Below, in pieces: positions 16,400-20,527 of a stretch of DNA of 20,527 nucleotides. Made by a program: the position numbers and the translations under genes. The DNA lies in contig JAYODI010000096.1 of assembly GCA_038279365.1 (NCBI GenBank), forward strand, positions 1 to 20,527, in the 5' to 3' direction. The DNA is from Candidatus Latescibacterota bacterium (GTDB lineage: Bacteria > Latescibacterota > UBA2968). Every line of letters starts with the position of its first letter. The first letter of the stretch is position 1. The notes beneath the pieces were generated by a model. It searched no databases, was not told the origin of the DNA, and saw nothing but the letters and a program-made list of their open reading frames with translations.

Positions 16400-17607
16400 A
16401 CCGTCTTATTTTCTTGGGGAGGGTTGCGCCCATAACTTTCGTGTGCCGCAACAAACTCACCACTGGCAATCGCCGCACCCATAGACAACTCACCCGCCAA
16501 GAGTGTGGCCGCAATAATTTCTGCAAATTTGGGAGCATGGCCGGCTCCAAAACAACCCAACATCTCCAAGCATTCTCGGCTGCTGCCCAACCCCGTGCCC
16601 CCCCCAACCGTGGCCACCGTAAGCGATGGCAAAGTCACACTGGCATACAAATCACCGTCATCTGTCAATTCAAAACTTGTAATGCCCACAGACGCATTGA
16701 CCACATTGGCAACATCTTGACCACAGGCAATAAACAACGCCGTGAGACCATTGGCATAATGGCCGTTGTAACCCATTGCATTGGCCTGAATATGCCCCAA
16801 CACCGTATGACGCCACACCTTGCACAAATCTTGTGGTGTGGTGTGCAAATACATACGTACCTGCCGAGCAGACAACAAAGCACCTGCCACAACTTTTTTG
16901 CCCTTACCGCCTGCAAACAAAAACCCACTGGCTCGTTTTTCAGAATTGAGACCACTAAAAATAAAAAAGTCCGTTGCTTTGCTGTTTTCCAATAACCATT
17001 GGCAGGCACAATCTGCCGCCTTCATAATCATGTTCATACCCTGGGCATCGGCTGTATAAAAACAAAAATTCACCTGTACTTCTCGCCCGACAGGATAACA
17101 TTCAACCCGCAACAACTTGCCGTAACGGGTGGTAGACTCTGCCAAACTTTTCAATTGCTCAAAATCGTTTTGTAACTGTTGTGCAAAAACATGCGCTTCG
17201 GCAACGGTATCAAAAACAAACACAGGTGCAATGCGATTTTCATCTTGATAAATATGTGCAGAAACCCCACCACAGCGCGTTAAAAGCACCATGCCACGCT
17301 CATATGAACGCACCAGCGCACCTTCTGTGGTGGCCAAAGGCACATAAAAAGTACCCTGAGCATGGTCACCATTCACCTTGAGTGGCCCTGCCAGGCCAAC
17401 AGGCATTTGCACCGCCCCAATCGGATTTTCAATATTGCCCCGCATCGCCTCGGTGGGAATGCTACAATTGGCAATATATGGCAAAGAAACACCTGTTTTT
17501 TGTTCGACCCAATTGCGGCGAAACGTGACGTCTTCCAAAGTATAACCCTGCGCCATCATACGAGGCACCAAATCGCCCATCTTGGTTTTTTTTGCTTCGG
17601 TAGACAA
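16396..17607 (-). CDS. Class I (NADPH-type) hydroxymethylglutaryl-CoA reductase-like protein
   Basis: HMGR signatures: NIENPIG, PLATTEGALV (catalytic Glu), STTRYG, DAQGMNM, ACGQDVANV (catalytic Asp), TVGGGT, LAGELS and AAH (catalytic His). TTG start with AGGAG at 17614-17618. Confidence 0.88.
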   Translation of the reverse strand: MSTEAKKTKMGDLVPRMMAQGYTLEDVTFRRNWVEQKTGVSLPYIANCSIPTEAMRGNIENPIGAVQMPVGLAGPLKVNGDHAQGTFYVPLATTEGALVRSYERGMVLLTRCGGVSAHIYQDENRIAPVFVFDTVAEAHVFAQQLQNDFEQLKSLAESTTRYGKLLRVECYPVGREVQVNFCFYTADAQGMNMIMKAADCACQWLLENSKATDFFIFSGLNSEKRASGFLFAGGKGKKVVAGALLSARQVRMYLHTTPQDLCKVWRHTVLGHIQANAMGYNGHYANGLTALFIACGQDVANVVNASVGITSFELTDDGDLYASVTLPSLTVATVGGGTGLGSSRECLEMLGCFGAGHAPKFAEIIAATLLAGELSMGAAIASGEFVAAHESYGRNPPQENKTV

Positions 17608-17682
17608 TTTAAACTCCTAAAAGCACATCAAAAATGAATCATATAAATCATCGTCTATACAATAAAATAAATCGTTTTGTAT

Positions 17683-18891
17683 TTAAACTTTTGAAAGCAC
17701 AAGCGCGCACATATTGCCATCAAGTCCAAATGACAAGATCAAGCCATTTTGCATCGGTAGGGTGCAATTTTCTTTTTTTGCCATTGGCAAATGCAAACCG
17801 TCTTCCAATGTGTTCAACCCACAAATGCCTGGCAACACACCTTGATGCATATGTTCAAGTAACGCACCCGTTTGCAACGCACCCGATGCCCCCAACGTTT
17901 CGCCCAACGCCGACTTGATTGCCGTAATGGGCAAGGATGCCGTTTGATCTCCAAACATAGCGGCAATCGCTTCGGCCTCACACCGATCTCCCATGGGGCT
18001 GCCACAAGCCGATGCACTGATGCAATCAATGTCTTCAGGATTTAACTGGGCATGAGCCAATGCGGCACGAATGGCCATGCCCATCGCTGCGCATAATTTG
18101 TCGGCATTTTGACCCCGATTCGGATCAAAAGCGGTGCCGTATCCTTTAATCTCGCCAATAATTGAGGCCCCTCGCAGATGTGCCTGCTCAGCATCTTCCA
18201 ACATTAAAAATGCAGCCCCTTCTCCTAAAATCAACCCCGTTCGACCCGCATCAAAGGGCACAGCCGTTTCGACCCGGCTGCTCAACAATTTGGCCCGCTC
18301 AAAACCAAATAACGCTTCAAAACACAACTCTTCGGCACCACCGGCCAACAACATAGAAATACGCCCACTTTTGATCAAATCGGAAGCATAACCTATGGCC
18401 TGTAACCCCGAACTGGCACCTGTGGACAAGGTCGAATTAAGACCACGAAGGTTGTGCCAAATAGCCGTTTGTCCCGTTGCTGCATTGATCACCGTATTGG
18501 CAAAATCAAGCGGTTTAACAAAACGAGGCCCTCGCGTAATGGCCATTTGATCAAATGCCCCAATGGTGTGTACACTGCTAAACACAGTTCCCAAAACGAT
18601 GCCCACATCCTGTTCGGCACGCATCTCAGGTGTCCAGTTGCTGTCTTTAAGCGCCAACTGTGCCGCACTTGCCGCCAACTGAGCAATGCGATCCAATGGG
18701 CGCAAGTTTACATCGCCCAAATAATGACGCGCATTAAAATTAGGCACTTCACCGCCCATGTGCTGCGTTTCAAAAAACCCAATGGAACCCAAACCACATT
18801 GCCCCGCACACAAAGCTTTGTGTAACGTATCTGCTTGATCAGACAAAGAAGAAATGATGCCTTTTCCTGTAATCACCACGCGTTGTGACAT
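17683..18891 (-). CDS. Catalytically inactive beta-ketoacyl synthase homolog (chain-length-factor-like subunit)
   Basis: KAS fold motifs are present (RVVITG, LAGGAEE, PFD, GEGAAFLMLE, IKGYG, LSFGLDGN). The triad positions read Ala (18415-18417), Ser (18010-18012) and Glu (17899-17901) instead of Cys/His/His. Start placed at ATG 18891, 1 nt after the upstream TAA; the ORF track starts at 18921. Confidence 0.85.
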   Translation of the reverse strand: MSQRVVITGKGIISSLSDQADTLHKALCAGQCGLGSIGFFETQHMGGEVPNFNARHYLGDVNLRPLDRIAQLAASAAQLALKDSNWTPEMRAEQDVGIVLGTVFSSVHTIGAFDQMAITRGPRFVKPLDFANTVINAATGQTAIWHNLRGLNSTLSTGASSGLQAIGYASDLIKSGRISMLLAGGAEELCFEALFGFERAKLLSSRVETAVPFDAGRTGLILGEGAAFLMLEDAEQAHLRGASIIGEIKGYGTAFDPNRGQNADKLCAAMGMAIRAALAHAQLNPEDIDCISASACGSPMGDRCEAEAIAAMFGDQTASLPITAIKSALGETLGASGALQTGALLEHMHQGVLPGICGLNTLEDGLHLPMAKKENCTLPMQNGLILSFGLDGNMCALVLSKV

Positions 18892-18892
18892 A

Positions 18893-20116
18893 TTAAGGTG
18901 AATCCTTAAATTTTTTGACAATCAACGACGCATTCACCCCACCAAAAGCATACGCATTGTTCATCGCAGCAAATACTTTGTGGTCACGAGCTTCATTGGG
19001 CACACAATCTAAATCACACTCAGGATCGGGTTCTTCCAAATTGATTGTGGGTGGAATTCGGTCTGTGTAGGCCGCCAAAGCGCACACCGCTGTTTCAATG
19101 GCTGAAGCGGCTCCCATTGTATGCCCCAACATCGACTTGATTGAACTGATGGGCACTTGCCCAGAACGATTGCCAAACACCTTTTTGACTGCCCGTGTTT
19201 CGTGCATATCGTTGGTCGGTGTGCCTGTACCATGTGCGCTAATATAGCTGATCTCTTCTCTTTTTACACCGCTTTCAAAAAGCGCATTTTCCATTGCCTT
19301 AACCGACCCTGCCTCTTCGGGATGCCCACCCGTCATATGAAAAGCATCACACGACAGCCCATAACCCGCAATTTCGGCATAAATGCGGGCATTGCGCGCC
19401 AAGGCACGTTCCAAAGGTTCCAACACCAAAACACCTGCACCTTCGGCAGGAATCATACCCTTTCGGTTTTTGTCAAACGGCTGACACCGTTCAGGTGCAA
19501 TCGCTTTGAGCTGGGCAAAACCAGAGTAGGTGATGCGCGAAAACGAATCGGCCCCACCCGCCAATGCCAAATCGGCCTGCCCCAAACGCAACATATCAAA
19601 CGCATGAGAAATGGCATAAGTACCTGCTGCACAGGCCGCCGGGATCATGGTATTGCGTCCCATAAACTGCAATTCGGCAGCCATATAAGCAGCAATATGA
19701 TGACATGGATAAAGGGTAAGCATCTCATCACCTGTCGCCTGAAGGTTGTCAGCGACAAAATGATCATCAAACTGTTCAATCTGATTGGGTTCACCCGATG
19801 TGGTTCCCATAGAGATGGCCGCCCGAGTCAAATCGAGCGTGCTCACATCTACTTGGGCATCTTGCAAAGCAAGTTTTGCGGCTGCAATGCCCAGCTGTGA
19901 TGTTCGCCCAATCTTTTGTGCCTCAAGCGTTTGAACATAAGTGGCAGGTGAAAAAGCCTTAACCTCGCCCCCAACATGCACCGCATAATTGCTGGTATCA
20001 AACGATTCGACAGGGCTGATGCCACTTTGACCCTTGAGCAAAGCCGACCAAAAGTCTTGGCACCCAGTACCAATAGAGGTAAAAACACCAATGCCTGTAA
20101 TAACAACACGTTTCAT
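18893..20116 (-). CDS. Beta-ketoacyl-ACP synthase, FabF/KAS II family (probable type II PKS/FAS ketosynthase)
   Basis: MKRVVITGIG start and an intact triad: PAACAAG (Cys 19631-19633), ISAHGTGT and KSMLGHTMGAA. Also PPTINL and NNAYAFGGVNA. ATG 20116 with GAGGT at 20122-20126; the ORF track starts at 20128. Confidence 0.92.
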   Translation of the reverse strand: MKRVVITGIGVFTSIGTGCQDFWSALLKGQSGISPVESFDTSNYAVHVGGEVKAFSPATYVQTLEAQKIGRTSQLGIAAAKLALQDAQVDVSTLDLTRAAISMGTTSGEPNQIEQFDDHFVADNLQATGDEMLTLYPCHHIAAYMAAELQFMGRNTMIPAACAAGTYAISHAFDMLRLGQADLALAGGADSFSRITYSGFAQLKAIAPERCQPFDKNRKGMIPAEGAGVLVLEPLERALARNARIYAEIAGYGLSCDAFHMTGGHPEEAGSVKAMENALFESGVKREEISYISAHGTGTPTNDMHETRAVKKVFGNRSGQVPISSIKSMLGHTMGAASAIETAVCALAAYTDRIPPTINLEEPDPECDLDCVPNEARDHKVFAAMNNAYAFGGVNASLIVKKFKDSP

Positions 20117-20131
20117 CTCTAACCTCAAATT

Positions 20132-20380
20132 CTATTTCGCAGCCAAATATTTCTGAACCAAATCGACAGAGTCCTGAAGCGTTTTTATGTTGGCAAATTC
20201 TTCTTCGGGCACGATCAAATCAAATTCACTTTCCAAATCAACAGAAATTTCAAGCATCGTCAAAGAATCCAAACCCAAATCATCCTTATAGGACGCTTTG
20301 TCGCCAATTTGACTGGGGTCAATATTGGCAGCATTTGAAATAAACCCTTTAATTTGGTTTCTAATTTCTTCCGAATCCAT
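20132..20380 (-). CDS. Acyl carrier protein
   Basis: 82-aa acidic protein with the phosphopantetheine motif DLGLDSL and a typical LESEFDL.VPEEE..NIKTLQD tail. ATG 20380 with AAGGAG at 20388-20393. The 33-aa extension in the ORF track lies upstream of this RBS and reads as AT-rich non-coding sequence. Confidence 0.93.
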   Translation of the reverse strand: MDSEEIRNQIKGFISNAANIDPSQIGDKASYKDDLGLDSLTMLEISVDLESEFDLIVPEEEFANIKTLQDSVDLVQKYLAAK

Positions 20381-20451
20381 AAAAATTCTCCTTGTAAGAG
20401 CAAAATATAATTGAGATAAGAAAATACCATGAAAAGCACTTGTTACAAAAT

Positions 20452-20479
20452 AAATTAAAAGAACAAAAAAATAGGTCAA
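20452..20479 (-). promoter_or_regulatory. Putative sigma70-type promoter for the cluster
   Basis: TTGACC (20479-20474), a 16-nt spacer and TAATTT (20457-20452) in the AT-rich region upstream of the ACP gene. A perfect TTGACA also lies at 20515-20510 but has no good -10. Confidence 0.35.
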
Positions 20480-20502
20480 GTCCTATTTTCAGTTGAAATA
20501 GG
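20468..20502. repeat. Two overlapping inverted repeats sharing a central arm
   Basis: AAAATAGG (20468-20475)-N6-CCTATTTT (20482-20489) and CCTATTT (20482-20488)-N7-AAATAGG (20496-20502). Both are perfect. Confidence 0.7.
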
Positions 20503-20527
20503 GGAGGCGTGTCAATCAGCAGCGAAA

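Noticed and set aside
14882-17607. Reading HMGR + CrtI-like genes as a mevalonate/carotenoid operon
   Set aside because: No HMG-CoA synthase, mevalonate kinases, prenyltransferase or phytoene synthase is in the window, and the neighbours are ACP/KS genes. This cannot be fully excluded without the rest of the genome.
17683-18891. Second ketosynthase as a pseudogene
   Set aside because: The ORF is full length with no frameshift or internal stop and is coupled to its partner; targeted loss of the triad fits a CLF-like subunit better.
553-19900. Other long plus-strand ORFs (553-1209, 4110-4862, 7422-8189, 16414-16995, 19157-19900) and short alternative-frame ORFs
   Set aside because: All overlap motif-supported minus-strand genes and show no recognisable domains.
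20381-20479. 33-aa hydrophobic N-terminal extension of the ACP in the ORF track
   Set aside because: This is AT-rich upstream DNA read from a TTG that coincides with the putative -35; the good RBS supports ATG 20380.
20485-20515. Promoter based on the perfect TTGACA at 20515-20510
   Set aside because: There is no acceptable -10 hexamer at 16-18 nt spacing (17 and 18 nt give CTGAAA and TGAAAA), so it is not called as a separate feature.

Overview
The window is one co-oriented minus-strand cluster of 12 genes, most with overlapping or closely spaced stop/start codons. It reads from right to left: ACP; FabF-family ketosynthase with an intact Cys-His-His triad; catalytically dead ketosynthase (chain-length-factor-like); class I HMG-CoA-reductase-like protein with an apparently remodelled substrate pocket; CrtI/CrtISO-family FAD oxidoreductase; then seven predicted exported or membrane-anchored proteins. 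Those seven are five FG-GAP/ASPIC-UnbV (CRTAC1-family) beta-propeller proteins, one TPR protein, and one membrane protein fusing a cytochrome-b-like region, five c-type heme motifs and TPRs. My reading (inference) is a biosynthetic system I cannot match to a described pathway. A cytoplasmic type II PKS/FAS-like chain-building module with possible reductive release is joined to an extracytoplasmic redox-linked module built from UnbV-domain proteins. I saw no RNA genes, mobile elements or CRISPR arrays. All family assignments come from motif recognition by eye; no database search was run.
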